A DNA stretch of 64,000 bases, from the NCBI GenBank assembly GCA_964447205.1, contig CAYUSB010000042.1:1503-65502 (forward strand), read 5' to 3'. Origin of the DNA: an uncultured Myxococcaceae bacterium (GTDB taxonomy: Bacteria; Myxococcota_A; Polyangia; Polyangiales; Ga0077539). Positions 34,162-42,990 of this stretch are shown here, one piece after another. Position 1 is the first letter of the stretch. Each line of letters opens with the position of its first letter. Made by a program: the position numbers and the translations under genes. The notes beneath the pieces are model-generated. The model made no database searches, had not been told where the DNA came from, and worked only from the letters and a program-made list of their open reading frames with translations.

Positions 34162-35256
34162 CTACTTCTTGCCGGCCTTGGCCTCTTCGATGGCGGTGTA
34201 CTCCCGCTCGAAGAGGACCCGCTGGTCGGTGACGATGGAGAGGTTTTTGTCGTTCATGTCGGAGGGCTCGGCGGCCCCGAGGAGGCGCATCTGGCGGCCG
34301 ATCTCGGACAGGAGGTCGCAGATGTTGGAGAGCAGGTCGAGGTCACGGGTGCGGCGGTCCTGGCCCGCGAAGCCCTTGCGGTACTCCTCGAAGACCTCGT
34401 TGGCCGCGCCCCCGAGGGCCCCCTGGAGATTCTGGAAGGTCTCGGCCTGCCGGGCCTTGCGCACCTCGGTGAGCTCGGTGCGGTAGGTCCCGAGGCTCTC
34501 CTCGACGATCCCGATGTTGTTCTTGTTGTAGTCGCCCGTCACCCCGGCGCTCTCCAGGGCCCGCATGCGGTCCTGGATCTGCACGAGGTTGTCGATGAGG
34601 CGCTGCAGGAGCTCGGGCCGCCGGGTCGCCCGGGGCTTGCCCGCGAAGTGCGTGTCGTACGTCTTGAACTGCGCGTTGGCCATCTCCGCGAGGGCGCTGG
34701 CCTGCTCGTCAGGGGTGCCCATCCCGCGGGCCTCGACGATCTCGCCGCGCTCGGTGCGGTACATCGCGAGGTTGTTGCGCACGATCTCCACGTCCTGGGC
34801 GGCCCCGTCGAGGCCGCGCACCTCGGGCAGGAGCGACACCATCTCCTCCTCGATGCGCTCGAGGTCCTCGATCATCTCCGCGATGAGGCCGAGGTCGCGG
34901 GTGTTGCGCGACTTGCCCGCGAAGTGCCGGTGGTACTGCGCGAACACCAGGTTGGCCTCGGTGCGCAGGGCGTCGAAGTCCGCGGCCTCGCCGCCGAGGG
35001 AGCGGGCCTTCATGATCTCCTTGCGCTCGTTCTCAAACAGCAGGACCGAGTCCTTGACGCTGCTGGCGAGCTCGTCGCGCTCCTTGCCGCGGGGCAGCTT
35101 CGCCAGGTCGTTGGCGAGGGCCCGCAGCCGGTTGGTGAGGTTGTTGATGTCTTCGAGCGAGCGGGTCAAGCGTGACTGGCCCGCAAAGCGGGCGTCGTAC
35201 TCGCCAGAGATCTGCTCAAACTGCTGCCGAAGCTGTGCCAGGGTCTGGGTGGCCAT
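34162..35256 (-). CDS. Protein with four tandem ~90-aa repeats (364 aa), each repeat carrying an …F/Y..HFAG[KQ].R.TR.L.LL… motif
   Basis: Four repeat starts are visible: ARFAGQSRLTRSLEDINNL, RHFAGKSRNTRDLGLIAEM, THFAGKPRATRRPELLQRL and KGFAGQDRRTRDLDLLSNI. The sequence is helical with natural composition. I recognised no family. Confidence 0.6.
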   Translation of the reverse strand: MATQTLAQLRQQFEQISGEYDARFAGQSRLTRSLEDINNLTNRLRALANDLAKLPRGKERDELASSVKDSVLLFENERKEIMKARSLGGEAADFDALRTEANLVFAQYHRHFAGKSRNTRDLGLIAEMIEDLERIEEEMVSLLPEVRGLDGAAQDVEIVRNNLAMYRTERGEIVEARGMGTPDEQASALAEMANAQFKTYDTHFAGKPRATRRPELLQRLIDNLVQIQDRMRALESAGVTGDYNKNNIGIVEESLGTYRTELTEVRKARQAETFQNLQGALGGAANEVFEEYRKGFAGQDRRTRDLDLLSNICDLLSEIGRQMRLLGAAEPSDMNDKNLSIVTDQRVLFEREYTAIEEAKAGKK

Positions 35257-35318
35257 AGGGTGGCGCTACATAGCGCATGTCCCCCCCGGCGTCACCCTCC
35301 CCCGTCGCACGAAAACGA

Positions 35319-35927
35319 CTACGCCTTGAGCCACCCCAGGCCGTGCAGGAAGGCCTTCACCCGGCCGCGCCGCGGGGGGCGCTCCTTGTGCTCGGTCTCC
35401 GGGCGGAAGGCGATGTTGCTGAAGTTTTCCGGGTAGCGGCCCGAGATGTCGGCGTAGAAATCCCGGATGATGGCCACGTCCCGGTCGAGGTCGCCGCTCG
35501 GCGTGAGGATCGGCCCGAAGCCCCCCCGCTTGCGCTTGTAGTCGAGAAACCCCAGGACGATGGGCACCTCGGCCCGCATGGCGATGTAATAGAACCCAGA
35601 CTTCCAGTACTTCTGGCGCGACCGACTGCCCTCCGGGGCGATGGCCAGGGCGATGCGCTCGACCCCACGGATGTGGTCGACGATCTGCTGGACCTGGTCC
35701 TTCTTGACCGTGCGGTCGATGGGGATGCCCCCGAGCCAGGTGTAGAACCGCCCCTTGGCGCCCTTGAAGAGGGTGTGTTTGCCGATCCATGAGGCGTCGA
35801 AGCCCAGGATGTACGCGCAGCCCAGCATGTAGGGCAGGTCCCAGTTGCTGGTGTGGGGCGCGGCGATCACGACGTACCGCGGCACGTCCGGGACCTTGCC
35901 CACCACCTCCCAGCCGAAGAAACCCAT
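35319..35927 (-). CDS. 1-acyl-sn-glycerol-3-phosphate acyltransferase-like (PlsC/LPLAT family; HX4D motif HTSNWD)
   Basis: MGFFGWEVVGKVPDVPRYVVIAAPHTSNWDLPYMLGCAYILG…FKGAKGRFYTWLGGIPIDR…AIAPEGSRS carries the acyltransferase motifs I (HxxxxD), III (PEG) and IV. The start may be a few codons upstream (GTG). The upstream 200 codons of ORF 35319..36566 are Gly/Arg-rich and I rejected them. Confidence 0.65.
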   Translation of the reverse strand: MGFFGWEVVGKVPDVPRYVVIAAPHTSNWDLPYMLGCAYILGFDASWIGKHTLFKGAKGRFYTWLGGIPIDRTVKKDQVQQIVDHIRGVERIALAIAPEGSRSRQKYWKSGFYYIAMRAEVPIVLGFLDYKRKRGGFGPILTPSGDLDRDVAIIRDFYADISGRYPENFSNIAFRPETEHKERPPRRGRVKAFLHGLGWLKA

Positions 35928-36095
35928 GTACGCCTTGCCGACCCAATACCGAAGACGATGACGGTCCACCTGGGCAATACCCTCCGTAAGCTCCCCGGGT
36001 ACCAACACCCGCCCTCGGGCGCAAGACCCCGCGGCACCTTTCGCCCCGTGGGTGGTATAGGACCTCCCCCTCTCTCCCGGAGCTCGACCCCCCCA

Positions 36096-36560
36096 TTGGC
36101 CCTCTCGATCGGCACCCCCGCCCCTGATTTTACCCTCCCGGCGAAGCCCGGCGAGACCGTCACCCTGTCGTCGCTGCGGGGCCGCCCCGTGGTGCTGCTG
36201 TTCTACCCCGCGGCGTTTACGTCCGTGTGCACGAAGGAGATGTGCACCGTGGGCGAGGACTTCTCCGCGTACGAGGGCCTCGGGGCCGCGGTGCTCGCCA
36301 TCTCCGTCGACACCCCGTGGGTGGTGACGAAGTTCAAGGACGAGACCAAAGCCCCCTTCCCCTTCCTGTCGGACTTCAACAAGGACGTGATCCGGGCCTA
36401 CGACGTGGTGCGCCACGAGTTCGCCTACGGGCTGCGCGACGTGGCCGAGCGGGCGGTCTTCGTGATCGACCCCGCGGGCACGATCACCTACGCCTGGGTA
36501 GGCGCCAACCCTGGGGTCTTCCCCGACCTCGACGCGGTCAAGAAGGCCCTCGCCGCGTAG
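36096..36560 (+). CDS. 1-Cys peroxiredoxin of the AhpE-like subfamily (AhpC/TSA fold)
   Basis: LALSIGTPAPDFTLPAKPGETVTLSSLRGRPVVLLFYPAAFTSVCTKEMC…VLAISVDTPWV…FPFLSDF has the peroxidatic Cys in the FTSVCT context. It is close to M. tuberculosis AhpE as I recall it (…APDFTLRDQ…LLVFFPLAFTGICQGEL…ALAISVGPP…FPLLSDF). TTG 36096 is the most plausible start; the long upstream extension in the track is antisense to plsC and I rejected it. Confidence 0.7.
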   Translation: MALSIGTPAPDFTLPAKPGETVTLSSLRGRPVVLLFYPAAFTSVCTKEMCTVGEDFSAYEGLGAAVLAISVDTPWVVTKFKDETKAPFPFLSDFNKDVIRAYDVVRHEFAYGLRDVAERAVFVIDPAGTITYAWVGANPGVFPDLDAVKKALAA

Positions 36561-36626
36561 GGACACTGCCCCGCCCTCGATGGTCCGTCGACAGCGACGC
36601 CCAAGCTACGGTACGACTGCACTGCG

Positions 36627-39341
36627 ATGAACCGCGCCGAGCGTGACCCCCACGACGACGCCTGGCGCGGCCCCCAGGAGTTTGACGACTTCGCCATCAT
36701 ACGCCCCCTCGGCCGCGGCGGGATGGGCCAGGTGTACCTCGGCCGCGACGTGGTCCTCGACCGGCAGGTGGCCCTGAAGTTCACCACCGCGGTCAACCCC
36801 GGCGCCGCCACGCGGGCCCGGTTTCTCCGCGAGGCCCGGGCCATCGCCCGCCTGTCCCACCCCAACGTGGTCGGCATCTTCCGCATCGGCGAGGTCGAGG
36901 GCCGCCCCTACATCGCCTACGAGTTTGTCCCCGGACAGACCCTCGCCGAACTGCGGGCCCCCATGCCCTGGCCCCGCGTGGCCCGGATCGCCCTCGGCAT
37001 CGCCCGCGGCCTCGCCGCCGCCCACGCCGCGGGGGTCCTGCACCGCGACGTCAAACCCACCAACGTCATGCTCACCGCCGCGGCAGATGTCAAGCTCCTT
37101 GACTTCGGCCTCGCCCGCCTCGACGACAGCGACGGCCCGAGCCCGCCCGAAGGCCCCATCCCTCCGGGGGGCTCCGTCGACCCGCACGCCCTCACCGCTC
37201 CCGGGGACACCGCCCGCTCGCGCCTCTCCGGGGCCGACGCCGTGATGGGGACACCGCTCTACATCCCCCCCGAGATCTGGCTCCGGGCGCCCGCCACCGA
37301 GCGCTCCGACCTCTACGCCCTGGGCCTCGTGCTCTACGAGCTCCTGGCGGGCGAGCTCCCCCACGCGGGTCGGGCCCGCGAGCTGCACATCGACGACGTC
37401 CTCTACCGCGACCCGGAGCCCATCCGGGCGCGGTTTCCCGACGTGTTGCCCTCGTTCGCGGCCCTGGTCGACCAGTGCCTGCGCCGCGACCCGGCCGAGC
37501 GCCCCGCCTCGGCGGCCGCGGTGGCCGAGACCCTGGAGCGCATCGGGGCCCTCTTCCTCGGGCGCTCCGAGGCCGCGGCCTCGCTCCACGACGACGACGA
37601 CGCCCGCCTCGTGTCGGCCTCCCTCGACCGCTGCCTCTCCGCCGACGCCTCCCTCGTGGACGGGGTGTACTCCAGGCTCTTCGCCGCCCGGCCCGACCTT
37701 CGGGGGCTGTTCCCGGTCACCCTCGACGCCCAGCGGGACAAGCTCCAGCACGCCCTGCGCCTCGCCGTGGAGTGCCTGTCCGACCTGTCCCGGGTCGAGC
37801 CCCTCCTGCGCGACCTCGGGCAGCGCCACGCCGCCCTGCGCCTCGAAGCCCGCGACTACGACGTCCTCGGGGTCTCGCTCCAGGGGGCCCTGGCCGCGAT
37901 CGACCCCGACTGGTCGCCCGCGCTCGAGGCCGCCTGGCGGCGGGCCTACACCTACCTGGTCTCGGCCATGCGCCGGGGCGAACGCGGGGCCGTGAGCGCC
38001 TCGACCCAGAGCGGCAGCGGCGACCAGGACCCCCGCGGCCTCCGTCCCTCCTCCAGCGCCACGAGCACCCGCCCCCCGCCCACCCGCTACGCCTACGTCG
38101 GCGACGTGGGGGTGGCCTGGCAGACCTTCGGGGTGCGGGCCCCCGACGTCCTCGTGCACTTCGGTTGGATCTCCCACCTCGACCACGCCTGGCGCCACCC
38201 CCGCCCCGTGAGCTTCCTGCGCAGCCTCGGGGCCATGGCCCGGGTCGTGGCGATGGACAAGCGGGGGGTCGGCCTGTCCGAGCGCGTGACCGACCTGCCG
38301 CGCCTCCAGCAGAGCCTCGAAGACCCCCTGGCCGTGCTCGACGCCACCGGGTCGCGACGGGCCGTGCTCTTCGGGGTGGGCGAAGGGGCCACGGTGGCCC
38401 TGCTCCTGGCCGCGGTGTTTCCCACGCGGGTGCGGGGGGTGGTGTGCCTCAACGCTACGGCGAGGCTCCTGCGCGCGGACGACCACCCCGCGGGCCTCGA
38501 GCCCGCCTTCCTCGACGAGGCCGTGGCCCGGTACCGCCGCCACTGGGGCGACGCGCGCTTCGCCCGCGACGAGGCCCCGTCGCTCGCCGCCGACGCCGAC
38601 TTCTGCGCGTGGTACGGCGAGTTTATGCGCTCGGCCTCGTCGCCGGGCCAGGCCCTCGCCCAGGTGCGCCTCTTCGCCCGCTACGACGCCCGGGCCTTCC
38701 TGCCCTTCGTGCAGGTCCCCGTGTTGGTGATGCACCGGGCCGACAACCGGATGGTCCCCATGGCCGCCGGGCGCGACCTCGCCGACCGCCTCCCCGGGGC
38801 CCGCTTCGTGGCCCTGCCCGGGGCCGACAACCTCCCCTACGCGGGCGACACCGGCCCCCTCCTGTCCCACCTCGACGCCTTCCTGCGCGAGCCGGGCCTC
38901 GACGGGCCCACCCCGGCCCCCCTGACCACCCTGTGCCTCGTGCGGGCCGACCGCCCCGAGGCCCCGCGCCTCGCCCTGGCCGCCGAGCGCTTCGCCGCCC
39001 TCGGGGCCCGCCCCATCGCCCTGCCCGACCCCCGGACGGCCCTGTACGCCACGCCCTGGTTTGCGAGCGCCGCCGAGGTGGCCACCCAACTCGTGGCCTC
39101 GCCCGAAGCCCACGACGCGGGCCTGCGGGTGGCCCTGCACGCCGACGCCTTCGACCTCGCCGGGCTCCAGGGCACCGCCGCCATGCGGGCCCTGCGGGCG
39201 GCCTCTGAGGCCCTTCCCTCGGGCAGCGCCGCAGCCTCCTCCCTGGTGGCCTCCCTCCTCGCGGGAACGTCCCTGCAGACCGGCGACAGCCTCATCGCCG
39301 AAGGGGTGACCTTCTCGCGGCTCGTCCGCGGCGACGGCTGA
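36627..39341 (+). CDS. Multidomain Ser/Thr protein kinase: Hanks kinase - globin-like domain - alpha/beta hydrolase - C-terminal unknown domain (904 aa)
   Basis: Kinase motifs are present (GRGGMGQVYLG, VALK, HRDVKPTN, DFGLA, GTPLYIPPE). A globin-like segment follows (LFPVTLDAQRDKLQHALRLAVECL…LLRDLGQRHAALRLEARDYDVLGVSLQGALAAI…EAAWRRAYTYLVSAM), with the F-helix His and the G/H-helix pattern. After that comes an alpha/beta hydrolase fold (VHFGWISHLDHAW…MDKRGVGLSE…LFGVGEGATVALLLAAVFP) and a ~150-aa C-terminal domain. Confidence 0.8.
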   Translation: MNRAERDPHDDAWRGPQEFDDFAIIRPLGRGGMGQVYLGRDVVLDRQVALKFTTAVNPGAATRARFLREARAIARLSHPNVVGIFRIGEVEGRPYIAYEFVPGQTLAELRAPMPWPRVARIALGIARGLAAAHAAGVLHRDVKPTNVMLTAAADVKLLDFGLARLDDSDGPSPPEGPIPPGGSVDPHALTAPGDTARSRLSGADAVMGTPLYIPPEIWLRAPATERSDLYALGLVLYELLAGELPHAGRARELHIDDVLYRDPEPIRARFPDVLPSFAALVDQCLRRDPAERPASAAAVAETLERIGALFLGRSEAAASLHDDDDARLVSASLDRCLSADASLVDGVYSRLFAARPDLRGLFPVTLDAQRDKLQHALRLAVECLSDLSRVEPLLRDLGQRHAALRLEARDYDVLGVSLQGALAAIDPDWSPALEAAWRRAYTYLVSAMRRGERGAVSASTQSGSGDQDPRGLRPSSSATSTRPPPTRYAYVGDVGVAWQTFGVRAPDVLVHFGWISHLDHAWRHPRPVSFLRSLGAMARVVAMDKRGVGLSERVTDLPRLQQSLEDPLAVLDATGSRRAVLFGVGEGATVALLLAAVFPTRVRGVVCLNATARLLRADDHPAGLEPAFLDEAVARYRRHWGDARFARDEAPSLAADADFCAWYGEFMRSASSPGQALAQVRLFARYDARAFLPFVQVPVLVMHRADNRMVPMAAGRDLADRLPGARFVALPGADNLPYAGDTGPLLSHLDAFLREPGLDGPTPAPLTTLCLVRADRPEAPRLALAAERFAALGARPIALPDPRTALYATPWFASAAEVATQLVASPEAHDAGLRVALHADAFDLAGLQGTAAMRALRAASEALPSGSAAASSLVASLLAGTSLQTGDSLIAEGVTFSRLVRGDG

Positions 39342-39389
39342 CCGAGGGCGGGCGACGGGGGACGGGCGACGGGCGACGGGGGGCGGGCT

Positions 39390-39562
39390 GCGAAGCCGCA
39401 AGGCCGCGAGGGCCGCAAGGGGCAGAGGGGATTTGGGGGGTTCGGACAGGCGAGAGTCAGCGTGGGGGACGTGTTGCGGACGGGCGCCCCGAGGGGGTCA
39501 CCCCGCTCTTCCCCCACAAAACCTTCCGACCCTTGCGGCCCTCGCGCCCTTGCGGCTTCGCA
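39390..39562. repeat. Miniature inverted-repeat element, copy 4 (173 bp, plus an extra partial arm to 39584)
   Basis: GCGAAGCCGCAAGGCCGCGAGGGCCGCAAGGGGCAG ... CCGACCCTTGCGGCCCTCGCGCCCTTGCGGCTTCGC, preceded by GGGCGAC tandem repeats. It lies between a convergent gene pair. Confidence 0.55.
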
Positions 39563-39615
39563 GCCCGCCCCTTGCGGCTTCGCAGCCCGTCCCTCGTCGC
39601 CCGCAGCCCGCCCCC

Positions 39616-41022
39616 TCAGTCGTCCCCGCCCGAAGCCTCGGCGTCGGCGGACAGGAGCCGCGGGTCGACCTGGTGGGCGCTCAACCACCGCCGGAGCTGG
39701 TTGCGATGCATCCCCAGAGCCCGGGCCGCCGAGGCCACCCGACCCCCGTGGACCCGCAGGGCGGCCTCGATCTCGTCGCGGGTCGGCGGCGTGCGGGGAG
39801 CCGGGGTGTCGGCCTTGGCGGGGAGCCCCGAGGCCCGCCCCGCGACGGCCACCGGGGGCGAGGCGGACAAGGCACGGTCGACGGTAAACACCATGCCCGC
39901 GGTGGGCGACAGGTCGCCGGCCCGCACCCGCCCATCGCCCGCGGCGGCGGCGGCGTGCACGGCGGCGTCGAGCTCGGCCACAAACTCCCGCACGTTGCCG
40001 GGCCACGGGCGCACCATGCAGGCCTCCACCAACGAGGCGTGGGCCGTGAGGCCGTGGGGGGCGAGGCGACGCTCGACCAGGGTGGCGATCTCCTCGCGGC
40101 GCTCGCGCAGGGGAGGCAGAGCCACCATGGGGCGGCCGATCCGAAAGTAGAGGTCTTCGCGGAAACGACGGTCGGCCACGCGCTCGCGCAGATCGCGGTG
40201 GGTCGCCGAACAGAACCGCACGTCGACCGTGAGGGGCTTGGAGGCCCCCACGGGGATCACCTCCCGATACTCCAGGGCCCGCAGGAGCTTGGCCTGCACC
40301 TCCAGGGAAAGCTCGCCCACCTCGTCGAGGAAGAGGGTGCCCCCGTCGGCCTCCTGGAAATGCCCGGGCTGATCGGCGTGGGCCCCGGAGTACGCCCCCT
40401 TGCGCGAACCAAACAGCACCCGCTCGGCCACGCCCTCGGGGATGGCCGCGCAGTTGATGGCCACGAAGGGACCCCGGGGGCGCGGGCCCATCGCGTGGAA
40501 GGCCCGGGCCGCGAGCTCCTTGCCCGTCCCGCTCGACCCCGTGATGTGCAGGACGGCCCCCTCGGCGGCCTGACCGATGCGCTCCATCACCGCCGCCAGG
40601 GAGGCCCCGATGACCTTGCCGTCCTCCACCCGCAACGGCCGCTCGGCGTAGGGCAGCACATCGGGAACGAGCCACAACACCGTGTCGCCCACCCGCAGGG
40701 TGGCCCGCTCTCCGGTGCGTACCTCGCCCGCCACCGCCACCCCGTCGACCGCCGTCCCGTTGCGGCTCCCGAGGTCGCGTACGGCCCAGGCCCCCTGCTC
40801 CCACCGGGCCTCGACGTGCAGGCGCGACACCCGGGCGTCGGGCAGGCTCAACCCCGCGAGGCGATCGCGCCCGAGGGCCACCACCCCGTCCTGGGACGGC
40901 ACGATCGTATGGACCGCCCGGTCGACGCTAAATACCACCAGGGCCCCAGGGAGCGGGGGGCGGGCGGTGCGGCCGCGGTCGATGGTCAGGAGGTCGACCG
41001 TCTGAGAAACGGATCCGCTCAC
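39616..41022 (-). CDS. Sigma-54-dependent transcriptional activator with an N-terminal FHA domain and a C-terminal Fis-type HTH
   Basis: The FHA region is VALGRDRLAGLSLPDARVSRLHVEARWEQGAWAVRDLGSRNGTAVDG. The AAA+ sigma54-interaction domain includes LHITGSSGTGKELAARAFH, GAYSGA (a variant of GAFTGA), GGTLFLDEVGELSLEVQAKLLRALE and DLYFRI. The HTH is ASAARALGMHRNQLRRWL. Confidence 0.85.
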   Translation of the reverse strand: MSGSVSQTVDLLTIDRGRTARPPLPGALVVFSVDRAVHTIVPSQDGVVALGRDRLAGLSLPDARVSRLHVEARWEQGAWAVRDLGSRNGTAVDGVAVAGEVRTGERATLRVGDTVLWLVPDVLPYAERPLRVEDGKVIGASLAAVMERIGQAAEGAVLHITGSSGTGKELAARAFHAMGPRPRGPFVAINCAAIPEGVAERVLFGSRKGAYSGAHADQPGHFQEADGGTLFLDEVGELSLEVQAKLLRALEYREVIPVGASKPLTVDVRFCSATHRDLRERVADRRFREDLYFRIGRPMVALPPLRERREEIATLVERRLAPHGLTAHASLVEACMVRPWPGNVREFVAELDAAVHAAAAAGDGRVRAGDLSPTAGMVFTVDRALSASPPVAVAGRASGLPAKADTPAPRTPPTRDEIEAALRVHGGRVASAARALGMHRNQLRRWLSAHQVDPRLLSADAEASGGDD

Positions 41023-41026
41023 GGGC

Positions 41027-42955
41027 TTACGATACCACCGCGTCGGCCGCGTCGCGCCGCCGCACGAGGAGGACCGTACGGTCGTCGTCGCGTACGGCCG
41101 AGAAGGCCTCGACGTCGGCGTGCAGGGCCGCGGCGCAGTCGTCGAGGGACCTGCCCTCGGCGAGGAGGGCGGTGAGCCGGGCGCAGAGGCGGTCGAGGTC
41201 GTACATGGCCCCGTCGGGGTCCTGGGCCTCGATGATGCCGTCAGAGTACAGGCAGAGCACCTCGGAGGGAGCGAGCTCGACCCGGGTGACGGGCACCGCA
41301 GGGAGCTCGGGCACGATCCCGAGCCAGGGCCCCGGGGCCTCGATGCGGCGTACGGCCCGGGCGGCCGTGTCGACCACGAGGGGCCACAGGTGCCCCCCGG
41401 CGAGGTCGAAGGCCCCGCCCCCGCGCCAGGCCACGAGCTGGCAGGTGATGTAGCGCCCCCCGCCGAGCCGGCTGCGGCTATTGGCGTGCACGAGGCGGTT
41501 GACCCGGCGTACGGCCTCGTCGACCCCGAGGTCGGGGGCCGCCTCGAAGACCGTCCGGAAGGCCATCTGGGCGAGCATCATCACGAGGCCCGACCCGAGG
41601 CCGTGGCTCGACACGTCGCCGACGGTGATCCACAGGCCGCTGCCCCGGGTCATCACGTCGTAGAAGTCTCCGCCCACCTCGTCGGCCGGGCGCATCAACC
41701 CGCCAAACTCAAACCCGGGGTGGGCCGGGGCCCTCGGGAGCATCGAGAGCTGGATCGAGGCGGCGATCTCCAGCTCGCGGGCCATCCGCTCCTGGTCGGC
41801 GGCGAGGCGGCGACGTTCGGCCTCGGCCTGCTCGCGGCGGCGCAGGCTCTCCTGCAGGGTGGCCGTCATCTCGTTGAAGCTCGACGCGAGGCGCTGCATG
41901 GTCGCGTCCCCGACGGCGTCGAGGCGGAAGGTGAGGTCGCCCGCCCCGAGGTGGGCGAAGGCCTGCTGGAAGGCCGCCTGGGTGGCCTCGATGAGGCCCG
42001 CCGTCGGAAAGGCCGCGAAGACCACCCAACGGATCTCCGGGACCACCCGAAAGGCCACGAGGTGCTGCACCCCCGCGGCGTCGCGGAGCTCGACCTGTCC
42101 GTGGCCCCGGGCCGCGAGGTCGGCGAGGTCGAGGCTCGCGTAGTCGCCCCCGAGGGAGGCGAGCTGGATGTTGTACACCGCCCCCTTCTCCCCCTGGGCC
42201 GCGGGGTCGAGGGAGGGGTGGGCCAGGAGCCTTCCGTCGAGGTCGACAAGGAAGTTGACCTGTCCCTCGCCGAGGCGCCCGAGGGCGTCGAGGGTGAGGT
42301 CGGCGTGGAGCTCGGCGAGGCGCACGTCCATGGTCCACACCCCGAGGAAGGTGTCACCCTCGTACAGGGGGACCGACACGCACGAGATGAGCCCCTGGCC
42401 GCCGTAGTCGACGTTGGGGGGGCTCCAGCGCACGACCCGGTCGGGGTTGGCCCCTGGCTCGGCGATGGTGAAGCTGTGGTAGGTGTGCCAGTCGAAGTCG
42501 CTGGGGATCATCGACTCGGGCACGAGGGCCGGGGTCACCACGCAGAAGTGACGGGTGGTGGCGTCTTGGAAGTACGCCCAGGCCACGCCCTTGAGGCGCT
42601 GCTGGAGGGCGGCGGCGTGGGGCATGACCCGTTCGAGGGCGAGGGCCCGGCGGCCCGTCTCGGGGTCGTCCTGGACGGTGGCGGCCCAGACGAAGATGCC
42701 CTGACCGGCGACGGCCCCCGAGGCCCGTGCCGCTTCGACCCGGGGCTCCCGCTCGAAGAACCCCGACGGCAGGGCGACGAAGCCCTCGGCCGACAGCCAG
42801 GCCGCGACCTCGGCGGGCGTCGGGCGCACCGTGGCGAAGAGCTGGCACGTGAGATAGGCCAGGGAGTCGAGGGCGTCGTGGAGGCGCCGGACCCTGGATC
42901 CGAGCGAGACGGCGACGAGTTCTACCTGGCGGTGGATGAGGTCGATCTGGCGCAT
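41027..42955 (-). CDS. Sensor PP2C-type Ser/Thr phosphatase (Cache-like periplasmic sensor - TM - HAMP - SpoIIE/PP2C domain), RsbU-like
   Basis: MRQIDLIHRQVELVAVSLG… A HAMP-like segment (LTFRLDAVGDATMQRLASSFNEMTATLQES) is followed by a coiled coil. The PP2C domain includes ASIQLSMLP…GGDFYDV…ITVGDVSSHGLGSGLVMM…LCLYSDGIIEA. The longer upstream extension to 43126 overlaps the STAS gene and I rejected it. Confidence 0.75.
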   Translation of the reverse strand: MRQIDLIHRQVELVAVSLGSRVRRLHDALDSLAYLTCQLFATVRPTPAEVAAWLSAEGFVALPSGFFEREPRVEAARASGAVAGQGIFVWAATVQDDPETGRRALALERVMPHAAALQQRLKGVAWAYFQDATTRHFCVVTPALVPESMIPSDFDWHTYHSFTIAEPGANPDRVVRWSPPNVDYGGQGLISCVSVPLYEGDTFLGVWTMDVRLAELHADLTLDALGRLGEGQVNFLVDLDGRLLAHPSLDPAAQGEKGAVYNIQLASLGGDYASLDLADLAARGHGQVELRDAAGVQHLVAFRVVPEIRWVVFAAFPTAGLIEATQAAFQQAFAHLGAGDLTFRLDAVGDATMQRLASSFNEMTATLQESLRRREQAEAERRRLAADQERMARELEIAASIQLSMLPRAPAHPGFEFGGLMRPADEVGGDFYDVMTRGSGLWITVGDVSSHGLGSGLVMMLAQMAFRTVFEAAPDLGVDEAVRRVNRLVHANSRSRLGGGRYITCQLVAWRGGGAFDLAGGHLWPLVVDTAARAVRRIEAPGPWLGIVPELPAVPVTRVELAPSEVLCLYSDGIIEAQDPDGAMYDLDRLCARLTALLAEGRSLDDCAAALHADVEAFSAVRDDDRTVLLVRRRDAADAVVS

Positions 42956-42990
42956 GGGATGCTTCGCCCCGCGGGTGGGTATTGGGTGTC

